A stretch of DNA of 64,000 bases, taken from assembly GCA_027064425.1 (NCBI GenBank), contig JAMOPO010000027.1:32001-96000 (forward strand), given 5' to 3'. A model generated the notes under the pieces. It worked only from the letters and a program-made list of their open reading frames with translations. It had not been told where the DNA came from and made no database searches. The number at the start of each line of letters is the position of its first letter. Positions within the stretch are counted from its first letter, which is position 1. The translations under genes and the position numbers were made by a program. Below, one piece after another: positions 17,774 to 26,584 of this stretch. The stretch comes from Methanobacteriota archaeon. GTDB taxonomy: Archaea; JAADCQ01; Methanopyri; Methanopyrales; Methanopyraceae.

Positions 17774-18964
17774 TTGCCGCCCGCAGCCCTCGCCTTCCTC
17801 ACGGCCTTGATCGCGCTCTCCTCTCCGGTCTCGGCGTCAACGCCCCAGAAGGTGGACATCGTCGTTGACTCGGGGAGTGGCCAGCTCCCGGACCCGCGCT
17901 ACCTGAACTCCTACCCCAACACTCCCTCGTACGACTCCCGGATCATCGTCACCACCAAATCCGGGTCCGTCGTCTGGCGGTACTCCATCTACCTCGGCAT
18001 CGTGGACGGGCGGGGGGCGACCGCCCCGGCCCCGATGATCGTGGCCCGGGTGGACGAGGGTGCGGACGGGACCTGGGACGTCGTCCTGTTCGAGGGCAGC
18101 CCGCCGAACCCGACCGTGACGCTCCCTTACACGGCCGAGTACACCGTGCCGGTCGCCCTGGAGGTCCGGGCGGACGACAACGAGGGGGATGGCGACTACG
18201 ACGACGTGGACGTGATCCTCAAGATCACCGGCACCGGGATCACGGTGGAGTGGGTGAGCGTATCCTCGGGGGTCACCCCGTGGCTGGAGGTGAAGCCCCT
18301 CACCGTCAACGCCTCTTGGGACCCCGCGGGCGGGACGCTGAGCGTTGGCACGCCGCCCGCCTACCGGTTCTCACGGTCGACCGTGAGCGTCTCGTTCCGG
18401 GACGATGGAACGGTGGTCGGCGTGGACGCGCAGGGGAACCCCTCGTACTATGACGATCCCAACGTCAGCGGGGTGGCCCCGCCGTACCTCTCGAACTTCA
18501 AGGCGCTCGTGCTGATCCCCGCCCCGGAGAACGCGGCCTCCGTGGAGCTTCAGGGATCCTTCGTCGTAACGCGGACCATCAACGACGGGTCACAGACGTT
18601 GGATGAGGGAACGTTCGACGTGACCCTGCAGCCCGGTAGCTCGGTTCAGGTCACCGGCACCAACCAGGCGGCTCAGCTGACCTTCCAGCTGGAGGCGTTC
18701 TCGTCGGGCTACGCCATCCTGCTGATCACCATGTCCGCCGACTCGGGCGGCTCGGCGGTGTTCAGCTCGGGCGACAGGTACGAGCTGACGTTCTCCAGGG
18801 TAGTCGTCTACGACTCCTCGGGCAACGCCGTGGAGATCCCACCGGACCGGGTGCTAACGCTGGCTGTGATCTTCGGCGGCGCGCCCGGAGACCGGGCGAG
18901 CGTGCTACCGTTCTCGGTCGTCGGCCTCCTCGCCCTCGCACGCCTTCTTCAGCGATCGCCATAG
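17774..18964 (+). CDS. Secreted cell-surface protein with C-terminal hydrophobic tail
   Basis: Signal peptide; S/T/D/G-rich; acidic DDNEGDGDYDD loop. Confidence 0.72.
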   Translation: MPPAALAFLTALIALSSPVSASTPQKVDIVVDSGSGQLPDPRYLNSYPNTPSYDSRIIVTTKSGSVVWRYSIYLGIVDGRGATAPAPMIVARVDEGADGTWDVVLFEGSPPNPTVTLPYTAEYTVPVALEVRADDNEGDGDYDDVDVILKITGTGITVEWVSVSSGVTPWLEVKPLTVNASWDPAGGTLSVGTPPAYRFSRSTVSVSFRDDGTVVGVDAQGNPSYYDDPNVSGVAPPYLSNFKALVLIPAPENAASVELQGSFVVTRTINDGSQTLDEGTFDVTLQPGSSVQVTGTNQAAQLTFQLEAFSSGYAILLITMSADSGGSAVFSSGDRYELTFSRVVVYDSSGNAVEIPPDRVLTLAVIFGGAPGDRASVLPFSVVGLLALARLLQRSP

Positions 18965-19855
18965 GCGGTCGAGGAGCTCGACGCGGTCCATGGACAGCTC
19001 CAGCCTCAGCCACTCGAGCCCGTGGGCGACCTTGCCGCGCAAGGTTGCGGCGTAGGGCTTCGAGTACGGGCAGTCCGCGTTGAACGGCTCGAGCCCGGTC
19101 TCCTCCGGGACGCGGGCGGTCCACTCCTCCGGGACCCGGACGATGGGTCGCACGATCGTCGTGGGAGGGAACTCGTAGTTGACGTACCTCGAGACCATCC
19201 CTTCGAGCCGCTCCTTCGGGGGCAGGAGCTTCACTCCCTCCCCCTTCACGGCCGTCGCGAGGGCGGTGATCACCGCGTCGTCCAGCGTGTGAGCCAGAAC
19301 GATCTTCTCCGAGCGCTCCCGGAGCTCGCGCCGGCGGATCAGCGAGCAGATCAGGCAGGGGGACTCGTCGTGCTCCTCGGCCAGCTCTCCCACGTCCTCG
19401 CGCGGTCGGACGTACTCCAGCTCCAGGCCTAGGCGCCGGCAGAGCTCCTCGCAGTGCCGCCGCCCCTCGCTCCCCCAGACCTCCTCGCCGTGAAGCCTGA
19501 CGTCGATCAGGACGGGGCGGAGCCGGAGGCCCAGCCGGCGGGTGAGGGGCTCCAGCACGAGCAGGCAGGTCAGGCTGTCCTTGCCGCCGCTGAACCCGAC
19601 GGCGACTTCCTCCCGAGGCTCGAAAAGCTCATACCTGGTTATAACGCGATGGGCCCGGACCGAGGCGCGCTCGAGGGTCTTGGACCGGACGATCGTTAGC
19701 CCCGCTCGCTCCAGCCTCCGGCGCCGGCGCTCCGTGAGCTTAGCCCGGCGGGGGTTTAGCGGCACTATCACGCCCTCCTCCAGCACCGCGACGTACCGGG
19801 CGTCCACTCCCACGTCCCGGAGCTCCTCGAGCACCTCCTCGCGCCGCAACGCCAC
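18905..19855 (-). CDS. PP-loop ATPase, TtcA/TtuA-like
   Basis: GFSGGKDS, PCLICSLIRR, AHTLDD, RPIV, CPY. Confidence 0.8.
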   Translation of the reverse strand: MALRREEVLEELRDVGVDARYVAVLEEGVIVPLNPRRAKLTERRRRRLERAGLTIVRSKTLERASVRAHRVITRYELFEPREEVAVGFSGGKDSLTCLLVLEPLTRRLGLRLRPVLIDVRLHGEEVWGSEGRRHCEELCRRLGLELEYVRPREDVGELAEEHDESPCLICSLIRRRELRERSEKIVLAHTLDDAVITALATAVKGEGVKLLPPKERLEGMVSRYVNYEFPPTTIVRPIVRVPEEWTARVPEETGLEPFNADCPYSKPYAATLRGKVAHGLEWLRLELSMDRVELLDRLWRSLKKACEGEEADDRER

Positions 19856-19864
19856 GACCCCGGG

Positions 19865-20506
19865 GTGATCGTCTCGCTAACGATGCTACTGATGGCCGCG
19901 AACGTGGCCGCCTACGTGGTGACGATCGGGCCGGACGGGACCATCCGACCGGACGTCGCATGGGCCTACGGGCTGTACGCCGCGAACCTGATCTACCACC
20001 CGGAGTGCCTGATAACCCACATGTTCCTGCACGCCGGACCGCTTCACCTCCTGTTCAACATGCTGGGGCTGCTCACCTTCGGTCTGCAGCTTGAGCGGAT
20101 GCTCTCCCGGGGCGAGTACCTGTTCCTGTACCTCGCCTCCGGGGTCGCGGGCGGGCTGCTCCAGGTGGTGGTGACTCCGAACATCCCCACCATCGGCGCC
20201 TCGTCGGCCGTCTTCGGCCTGGTCGGGTGCCTGACGATGCTGCGGCCGATGAGCATGATCATGTTCTTCTTCGTCCCCATGCCGCTGGTCCTGTTCTCGG
20301 TCCTGTACGCGCTGGCGGCCGTGTTCGTGATCGAGTCGGGAGCGTTCACGCACGTGGCGCACGCCGGGCACCTCGGAGGCATGCTTGCGGGCGGGGCGCT
20401 GGCCCTGCTCTACCGGCCGCGGGAGGCGCTGAAGGGGCTCGCGGCCGTGTCGGTGGTGGTCCTCCTGCTCCTGGTCGGGTACTGGATGCTGGTGGGTGGA
20501 CCGTAG
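19865..20506 (+). CDS. Rhomboid family intramembrane serine protease
   Basis: THMFLHAGPLHLLFNM, GASSAVFG (catalytic Ser), AHAGHLGG (catalytic His). Confidence 0.93.
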   Translation: MIVSLTMLLMAANVAAYVVTIGPDGTIRPDVAWAYGLYAANLIYHPECLITHMFLHAGPLHLLFNMLGLLTFGLQLERMLSRGEYLFLYLASGVAGGLLQVVVTPNIPTIGASSAVFGLVGCLTMLRPMSMIMFFFVPMPLVLFSVLYALAAVFVIESGAFTHVAHAGHLGGMLAGGALALLYRPREALKGLAAVSVVVLLLLVGYWMLVGGP

Positions 20507-20507
20507 G

Positions 20508-20522
20508 GCGAAATCTTTATGC
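20508..20522 (+). promoter_or_regulatory. BRE/TATA of tRNA-Ala
   Basis: GCGAAATCTTTATGC about 30 nt upstream of the tRNA. Confidence 0.55.
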
Positions 20523-20551
20523 TGGTCCACGCCCGGGTGCCGCCTGGAGGA

Positions 20552-20628
20552 GGGCCCGCAGCTCAGCCTGGTAGAGCGCGGCCCTGGCGCGGCCGTGGCC
20601 CCGGGTTCAAATCCCGGCGGGTCCACCA
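20552..20628 (+). tRNA. tRNA-Ala(GGC); genomic C8; G3:U70; CCA encoded
   Basis: GGGCCCG/CGGGTCC acceptor, CGGCC-CT-GGC-GC-GGCCG anticodon arm, GTTCAAATC. Confidence 0.96.
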
Positions 20629-20636
20629 AGCCGCGA

Positions 20637-20659
20637 ATCGTTATGAATCTCAAAACGAT
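20637..20659. repeat. Conserved palindrome copy 5 (ATCGTTATGA-ATC-TCAAAACGAT)
   Basis: 8 nt downstream of the tRNA-Ala CCA; just upstream of the tRNA-Ile promoter. Confidence 0.8.
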
Positions 20660-20664
20660 CCGGG

Positions 20665-20682
20665 GCGAAAGACTTAATAATT
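20665..20682 (+). promoter_or_regulatory. BRE/TATA of tRNA-Ile
   Basis: GCGAAAGACTTAATAATT upstream of the tRNA. Confidence 0.55.
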
Positions 20683-20715
20683 GGATCCGAGAGCGGGCCG
20701 CATGGAGCCGCGGCA

Positions 20716-20793
20716 GGGCCCGCAGCTCAGCCAGGTCAGAGCGCGGGGCTGATAACCCCGAGGTCCCGGGTTCAAATCCCGGCGGGCCCACCA
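20716..20793 (+). tRNA. tRNA-Ile(GAU); genomic C8; CCA encoded
   Basis: GGGCCCG/CGGGCCC acceptor, CGGGG-CT-GAT-AA-CCCCG anticodon arm, GTTCAAATC. Confidence 0.96.
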
Positions 20794-20799
20794 GCTCGG

Positions 20800-20822
20800 A
20801 TCGTTACGAGAATCGTAACGTT
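20800..20822. repeat. Conserved palindrome copy 6 (ATCGTTACGA-GAA-TCGTAACGTT)
   Basis: 6 nt downstream of the tRNA-Ile CCA; perfect 8-bp arms. Confidence 0.85.
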
Positions 20823-20834
20823 CGGGTGATCCCC

Positions 20835-22007
20835 GTGTCCCGGCGGGTCGAGCTGGAAGGGTGTCGGACGTGTGGGTACTGCTCGCAGGTTGTGGACTGC
20901 CCCGCCGGGGATCCGCTCTGGAGCCGGGAGGAGTGCTACGGGTGCGGGGCCTGCGTACCCGCCTGCCCCCACGAGGCCCGGAAGCTCGTTGAGGTGGAGC
21001 GCGAGCCCATCGAGATCGTGGTGGACGGGGAGCGGGTCGAGGTGGAGGCCCGGTCGGTGGAGGAGGCGCTGCGGGAGCTGGGCAAGGAGGTGGACGCCCC
21101 GTGCGGCGTGGGCGGCTGCTACGCGTGCGCGGTGGAGGTGAACGGGGAGCTGCGTCCCGCCTGCAACACTGGGCTGGGGGAGGGTGACGAGATCCGGACG
21201 GAGGGTGTGCGCCGGGACGTGCGCGTGGTGAGCGGCTTCCAGCCGCACGGGGTGGGCGGCGTCGGCACGCCCGTGGAGCTCAAGGATCGCCCGGGCCCGG
21301 TGGAGGCGGCCTGCTTCGCCCACGGCTGCAACCTGCGGTGCCCGCAGTGTCAGAACCACGCGATCGCCTTCGGGGCGGCGTCCGGGGCTCGGATGACCGC
21401 GGAGGAGGCCGCGAGGCTGGTGGTGGGCACGGCCCGGGAGCACGGGCTGGATCGGGTGGCGATCTCGGGCGGTGAGCCGACGCTGAACCCGGACTTCCTG
21501 GTGGAGTTCGTGCGGAGGTGCCGGGAGCTGGAGCCGAACGTGCGGGTGCACGTGGACACGAACGGCACGGTTCTGACCCCGGAGTACGTGGACCGGTTGG
21601 TTGAGGCGGGGATGACGGACATCGGGATCGACATCAAGGGGTTCCGGCCGGAGACGTTCGCCCGGATCGCGGGCGTGGACGAGGAGCGGGCGGCGGAGTA
21701 CCTGGACAACGTGCTGCGGATCCTGGAGTACCTGGCGGACGAGTACCTGGGCGAGGGGCTGTTCGTGGGCGTGGGGATCCCGTACAACCCGAAGCTCGTG
21801 GACAAGGAGGAGGTCTTCGCGCTCACGGACTGGCTGCACGCTCACGTGGGCGAGGAGCTGCAGGTCTGCTATCTGGACTACCGGCCGGAGTTCCGGCGTC
21901 GGGATCTCCCGCTGCCCAGGTATGAGGACATGGTGGAGCTGGAGGAGTACGCGCGCTCGCTGGGGTTCAAGCGGGTTCACGCGCAGAAGGTCTCGGTGCG
22001 AAGGTAG
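20835..22007 (+). CDS. Radical SAM protein (PFL-activase-like) with N-terminal 4Fe-4S and 2Fe-2S ferredoxin domains
   Basis: CRTCGYC, CYGCGACVPACP, CGVGGCYAC...ACN, GCNLRCPQCQN, SGGEPT, DTNG; GTG start after GGGTGA. Confidence 0.82.
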   Translation: MSRRVELEGCRTCGYCSQVVDCPAGDPLWSREECYGCGACVPACPHEARKLVEVEREPIEIVVDGERVEVEARSVEEALRELGKEVDAPCGVGGCYACAVEVNGELRPACNTGLGEGDEIRTEGVRRDVRVVSGFQPHGVGGVGTPVELKDRPGPVEAACFAHGCNLRCPQCQNHAIAFGAASGARMTAEEAARLVVGTAREHGLDRVAISGGEPTLNPDFLVEFVRRCRELEPNVRVHVDTNGTVLTPEYVDRLVEAGMTDIGIDIKGFRPETFARIAGVDEERAAEYLDNVLRILEYLADEYLGEGLFVGVGIPYNPKLVDKEEVFALTDWLHAHVGEELQVCYLDYRPEFRRRDLPLPRYEDMVELEEYARSLGFKRVHAQKVSVRR

Positions 22008-22026
22008 CGGGGGCGAGGCCTCCATA

Positions 22027-22101
22027 GACCCCCGATGACGAAAGGGTAGGTTGCCGTAGCCGGCCCAGCGATGCGGAGAGCCGTCCCGACCAGAGGGGGT
22101 C
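22027..22101 (+). ncRNA. Box C/D guide sRNA
   Basis: 7-bp terminal stem GACCCCC/GGGGGTC; C box ATGACGA; D CAGA; guides AGGGTAGGTTG and GAGCCGTCC are complementary to the archaeal 16S segment GGACGGCUCAGUAACACG..AACCUACCCU (recalled consensus). Confidence 0.72.
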
Positions 22102-22106
22102 CCCGG

Positions 22107-23516
22107 TTGCCCGTTCACCCCATCGAGTCCCGGTACGGGTCGGACGAGCTGCGCGAGGTCTTCTCGGAGGAGAACAAGGTGGCGAAGATGCTCGAGGTTG
22201 AGGCGGCGCTGGTCCGGGCGCTCTCCGAGAGCTTCGACTTCGTTCCGGAGGAGGCGGCGGACGAGGTCGAGCGCGTGGTGGAGGAGATCACGGGGGACGA
22301 GGAGGAGCTGCGGCGGTTCGTGGAGCGGGTGAAGGAGATCGAGGCGGAGATCAAGCACGACGTGATGGCCCTGGTTCGGGCGCTCTCCGAGCGGTGCGAG
22401 GTCGCGGGCGACTACATTCACCTCGGTGCCACCAGCAACGACATCATCGACACCGCGCACGCGCTGATCCTCCGGGATGCGATCCGGATCGTCTACCGGA
22501 AGCTGCGGAGGCTGGCGGAGCTGCTCGCGGACCGGGCGGAGGAGTACGCGGATCTGCCGATCGTGGGCCGAACGCACGGCCAGCACGCGGTCCCGACGAC
22601 GCTGGGGATGAAGTTCGCGATCTGGGCGAGGGAGGTCGTCCGCCACCTTAGGCGGCTTCGGGAGTGCGCCGAGCGGGTCCTGGTCGGCCAGCTCTCCGGC
22701 GCGGTGGGAACGATGGCCGCGCTGGGTGAGAAGGGGCCCGAGGTGGAGCGTCGGGTGATGGAGCTCCTGGGCCTGCGCCCGGTGACGGTCTCCAACCAGG
22801 TCATTCAGCGGGACCGGTACGCCGAGCTGATCTCGCTCCTGGCGCTGATCGGGAGCACGCTGGACAAGATCGCCCGGGAGATCCGGCACCTGCAGCGCAC
22901 GGAGATCCGGGAGCTGGAGGAGCCGTTCGACCCGGAGAAGCAGGTCGGATCCTCCACCATGCCTCACAAGCGCAACCCCATCCGCTCCGAGCGGGTGTGC
23001 AGCCTGGCCAAGGTCCTCCGGTCCAACGTGCAGGTGGCGCTCGAGAACGTGCCGCTGGAGCACGAGCGGGACCTCACGAACTCCGCCAGCGAGCGGGTGC
23101 TGTTCCCGGAGCAGTTCCTGCTCCTGGATGAGATGCTGGACCTGACGATCACCAACCTGGAGGGCCTCCGCGTCAACGAGGAGAACATCCGCCGCAACCT
23201 GCGCCTGACCAAGGGGCTCAACATGGCGGAGGCGCTGATGGTCGAGCTGGTCAAGCGCGGCATGGGCCGGCAGGAGGCGCACGAGCTCGTCCGGCGGCTC
23301 GCCATGAGGGCCTGGGAGGAGGACCGCGAGTTCCTGGAGGTCGTCCGCGAGGAGGAGCGCGTCCTGGAGCTGATCCCGGAGGACGAGCTGACCGAGATCC
23401 TGGACCCGGAGCGCTACCTAGGAGTGGCCCCGGAGCTGGCGCGGGAGGCGGCGGAGAGGACCCGCCGGGACCTGGAGCGGCTGGAGGAGGAGTTCGACGA
23501 TGTCCTCGGCGCCTGA
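22107..23516 (+). CDS. purB: Adenylosuccinate lyase
   Basis: KHDVMA, HLGATSNDI, GRTHGQHA, GSSTMPHKRNP; TTG start. Confidence 0.96.
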   Translation: MPVHPIESRYGSDELREVFSEENKVAKMLEVEAALVRALSESFDFVPEEAADEVERVVEEITGDEEELRRFVERVKEIEAEIKHDVMALVRALSERCEVAGDYIHLGATSNDIIDTAHALILRDAIRIVYRKLRRLAELLADRAEEYADLPIVGRTHGQHAVPTTLGMKFAIWAREVVRHLRRLRECAERVLVGQLSGAVGTMAALGEKGPEVERRVMELLGLRPVTVSNQVIQRDRYAELISLLALIGSTLDKIAREIRHLQRTEIRELEEPFDPEKQVGSSTMPHKRNPIRSERVCSLAKVLRSNVQVALENVPLEHERDLTNSASERVLFPEQFLLLDEMLDLTITNLEGLRVNEENIRRNLRLTKGLNMAEALMVELVKRGMGRQEAHELVRRLAMRAWEEDREFLEVVREEERVLELIPEDELTEILDPERYLGVAPELAREAAERTRRDLERLEEEFDDVLGA

Positions 23517-25038
23517 GGTCCGGGTGCGCCGGTGCGACTGCGCGCGCGTGCTGGAGCTCGACGGCACGACCACCCCCGCCCCCTTCCTCCACCTACCCCG
23601 GCTCGAGTCGCTCTCCCGGCTGGAACCCGAGGCGGGGGAGCTGGCGACCGAGCTCCTCGAGCTGGCGGGGTCCGAGTGCGTCCGGCTTCGCCCCTCCCCG
23701 CCCGGGAACTGGGCCCCCAGTAGACCGGCTCGGGACGGTCCGATAGTCCATTACTCGTTGGAGCGCACGCCCGATCCGGAGGAGCTCGTCGGGCTCGTGC
23801 GCGAGGTCCGGGAGTCCGGGAGCGTCCGCGCGGTCACCGTTCTGGACCCGGAGTGGATCCCGCTGTTGTACTACCTGGGGTTCGACCTGTTCGACGCGCT
23901 CGTGTGCGTGCACCTCTCCCTGAGGGGCGAGGTTCTGCTGGAGGATTTCGCGACGGAGGAGCGCGAGGATGAGCCGTCGGAGCTTCTCCGGGAGAATTGG
24001 CACCGGTTCCAGGTCGCGCTGGAGCGGCTCGAGCGGCTGCTGCGATCGGGCGAGCTTCGCGAGTTCGTCGAGTCGGTGGCGGCCCGAAACCCGCGGGTCG
24101 CGGAGGTCTTGCGAGTGTGTGACCGGGAGCGGGCGCTCACGAGGCACGTGAACATGGCCCGGGACTCGGAGATCAGGTGTTCCACCGACCTCTCCTTCGA
24201 TCGACCCGAGGTCTCGGAGTGGGTGCGCAGGGTGACCCGGTACCGGCCCCCGGAGTGGGCCGAGGCGTTCGTCCTGCTCCCGTGCACGGCCCGGAAGCCG
24301 TACTCTCAATCCCCTATGCACCGACGCGTTTCCCGGATAACTAGGGAGTTTCCCGTGGACGAGCTGATCATCACGAGCCCGCTAGGGATCGTACCGAGGG
24401 CGCTCGAGCGCACCTTCCCGGCGGCGCACTACGACGTGAGGGTGACCGGGGAGTGGTCCGAGGAGGAGGTCGAGCGGGTGGCGAACCTCGTCGAGAGGAT
24501 CGTGCCGGAGTCCGCGGTGCTCGTGTGCCACGCGCACGGCGGGTATAGACTGGCGGGCGAGGAGCTGAGCGAGCGGGGGTTCGAGGTGGAGTTCACCTGC
24601 GACCGGGATGAGAACCCCGCGTCCCGGAGGGCCCTGGCCAGGCTGGAGGAGACGCTGGGGGAGCTGCTGGACCGGGACGGTGGGAACCTTTGGGATCACG
24701 TGCCCCGGGCGGTCTCAACGTTCCAGTTCGGCGTCGACGTGCTGGAGGGGGTCGAGTACCGGTTCGACGGGCAGCACGTGCGGTCGAGCGACGGTGAGCG
24801 GCTGCTCACCGTCCCACCCACGACCGGGCTCTTAGCCCTGTCGGAGCCCGGCGCGCGCGTCTGCCTACGGGCCGGCGTGGACCCCGTCCGGGTGGAAGAG
24901 GGAGATGTGGAGGTGCCGGAGGAGGCTCGCCCGGGCTTCCAGTGGCCGGCGGTGGTGGAGGGAGAAGTGAAGGTCTGCCGTCTGCTCGTTAGGCCCGAGG
25001 ATGTTCCGCCGGGAGCTCAGGTCATTGAGCTTAGGTGA
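23500..25038 (+). CDS. arcS: Archaeosine synthase (ArcS/TgtA2 family)
   Basis: LLYYLGFDLFD, LLPCTARKPYSQS, ITSPLGIVPRALE, PAAHYDV.VTGEW. Confidence 0.8.
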   Translation: MSSAPEVRVRRCDCARVLELDGTTTPAPFLHLPRLESLSRLEPEAGELATELLELAGSECVRLRPSPPGNWAPSRPARDGPIVHYSLERTPDPEELVGLVREVRESGSVRAVTVLDPEWIPLLYYLGFDLFDALVCVHLSLRGEVLLEDFATEEREDEPSELLRENWHRFQVALERLERLLRSGELREFVESVAARNPRVAEVLRVCDRERALTRHVNMARDSEIRCSTDLSFDRPEVSEWVRRVTRYRPPEWAEAFVLLPCTARKPYSQSPMHRRVSRITREFPVDELIITSPLGIVPRALERTFPAAHYDVRVTGEWSEEEVERVANLVERIVPESAVLVCHAHGGYRLAGEELSERGFEVEFTCDRDENPASRRALARLEETLGELLDRDGGNLWDHVPRAVSTFQFGVDVLEGVEYRFDGQHVRSSDGERLLTVPPTTGLLALSEPGARVCLRAGVDPVRVEEGDVEVPEEARPGFQWPAVVEGEVKVCRLLVRPEDVPPGAQVIELR

Positions 25039-26570
25039 AGCCCGAGTGGCGCTCGCGGAGAGAACGTTTATTATCTGAAAGTCCGATGAGTTACCGAGGG
25101 GCGGGATTGGGCAAACCTGAGGTCACGATAGTGACGGAGGGAACCTACCCCATCACGCTGGGAGGAGTTACGACCTGGGTGCAGAGGCTGATCAAGTATT
25201 CGCCTGACGTGAAATTTAACGTCCTGTGTCTGGCCCCGCCGGACAGGAAGAAGCCCGCGGTGGACATTCCGGATAACGTGCGGAAGGTGGTCATCCGGGA
25301 GCTGGTCCCGCGCCGACTGAGCAAGTACAGATGGGTGGCCCGGATCCTGCCCGTTCACCGGATCAGGTGGCTGCTCGGTCGGAGGTTGGACCGTGCCCCT
25401 CGGGGCTACCGGGTCCTGGAGCGAACGTTTGAGCTGATGCTGGAGGGTGAGCCGCTCGAGGAGGAGATGCTGGAGCGGCTGTACCGGGTTTCGAAGGAGC
25501 CCGTGAGGGTTCTCGAGGGGCCCGTCATGTACGCGTTGACCGAGTTCGTGGAGGATCAGATGGGGGCGGACGAGCGGTTCAGCGACCTTTACTGGGCCGT
25601 GGTGAACGTGTGCTCGTTCGTTCTGGGGGCAGCCTCTGGCGCCCGGAGCATGCCCAGGTGTGATGTGGCGCACCCGCAGAACTGCGGGGTCTGTGGGTTC
25701 CTGTGCGCGGTCAAAAAGGTGGTAGAGGGCACCCCGTACATCATCACCGAGCACGGGATCCTGACTCGAGAGCTCGAGTCCAGGCTGGAGGGGATGGGCG
25801 AGGTCGCGCGGGAGCTGTACCGGCGCTGCTTCGAGTCGATGATCAGGACCTCGTACCAGTACTGCGACGAGATCCTGGCGATATCCGATTACCACCGGGA
25901 GCACTCCGTGAGACAGGGGGCGCCGGAGGACAGAATCGACGTGATCTACTCGGGGATAGAGACCTGGAAGTTCCCGCCACCATCGGACATGGAAAGGAAG
26001 TTTCGCGAGGCTGACCGGCTGCACGTGGGGACGGTCGCGCGGGTGGAACCCATCAAGGGCATCGACGTTTTCGTCCGCATGGCGGCCGAGGTCGTCGAGG
26101 AGGTAGGGCACGATAGGGTCCGATTTCACGTCGTCGGGCCCATAGACGACCAGGATCACTACGAGGAGTGCAAGGAGATATTGAGGCAGCATGAGCTGGA
26201 GCGGGTCGTAAAGTTCCACGGGCCGCAGCCTCCGGACGAGATCCTGAAGTTTTATCACAAGTTCCACGTGTTCGTGCTGTCGAGCCGGTCGGAGGGCCTG
26301 CCGATGGCCCTGCTGGAGGCGATGAGCGCCGGATGTCCCGTGGTGGCGTCCGAGGTGGGTGCTGTCCCGTACATCGTGACTGAGGAGATCGGTAGGACGT
26401 TCCCAGTGGAGGATCACGAGGCGGGGGCCAGGGCCCTCCTGGAGCTGCTTCGGGACCGAGAGATGCTTCTGGAGATGGCTCACGCGGCCACGAGGACGGC
26501 CGAGAAGTTCGACATCACCAGGATGTGTGAGGAGTACACCCGACGGTACTCCGACTACGCCCGATTCTGA
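25035..26570 (+). CDS. pelF: GT4 glycosyltransferase, PelF-like (DUF3492 + GT-B)
   Basis: EGTYPITLGGVTTWV, ITEHGILTRE, VARVEPIKGI, SSRSEGLPMALLEAM. Confidence 0.8.
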   Translation: MKPEWRSRRERLLSESPMSYRGAGLGKPEVTIVTEGTYPITLGGVTTWVQRLIKYSPDVKFNVLCLAPPDRKKPAVDIPDNVRKVVIRELVPRRLSKYRWVARILPVHRIRWLLGRRLDRAPRGYRVLERTFELMLEGEPLEEEMLERLYRVSKEPVRVLEGPVMYALTEFVEDQMGADERFSDLYWAVVNVCSFVLGAASGARSMPRCDVAHPQNCGVCGFLCAVKKVVEGTPYIITEHGILTRELESRLEGMGEVARELYRRCFESMIRTSYQYCDEILAISDYHREHSVRQGAPEDRIDVIYSGIETWKFPPPSDMERKFREADRLHVGTVARVEPIKGIDVFVRMAAEVVEEVGHDRVRFHVVGPIDDQDHYEECKEILRQHELERVVKFHGPQPPDEILKFYHKFHVFVLSSRSEGLPMALLEAMSAGCPVVASEVGAVPYIVTEEIGRTFPVEDHEAGARALLELLRDREMLLEMAHAATRTAEKFDITRMCEEYTRRYSDYARF

Positions 26571-26584
26571 CTGGGTGAACGTTA

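Noticed and set aside
18-20822. Palindrome copies as CRISPR repeats or integrase att sites
   Set aside because: Copies are dispersed with no regular spacers; there are no cas or integrase genes and no duplicated tRNA 3' half.
20496-20834. N-terminal extension of the radical SAM ORF
   Set aside because: It runs through two tRNA genes; the real start is probably the GTG at 20835.
20772-23282. 836-aa antisense ORF and similar long shadow ORFs (6394-7710, 25071-26483, 27973-29601, 33789-35201, 40715-42259)
   Set aside because: Opposite well-supported genes, with no motifs; expected in high-GC DNA with strong codon bias.
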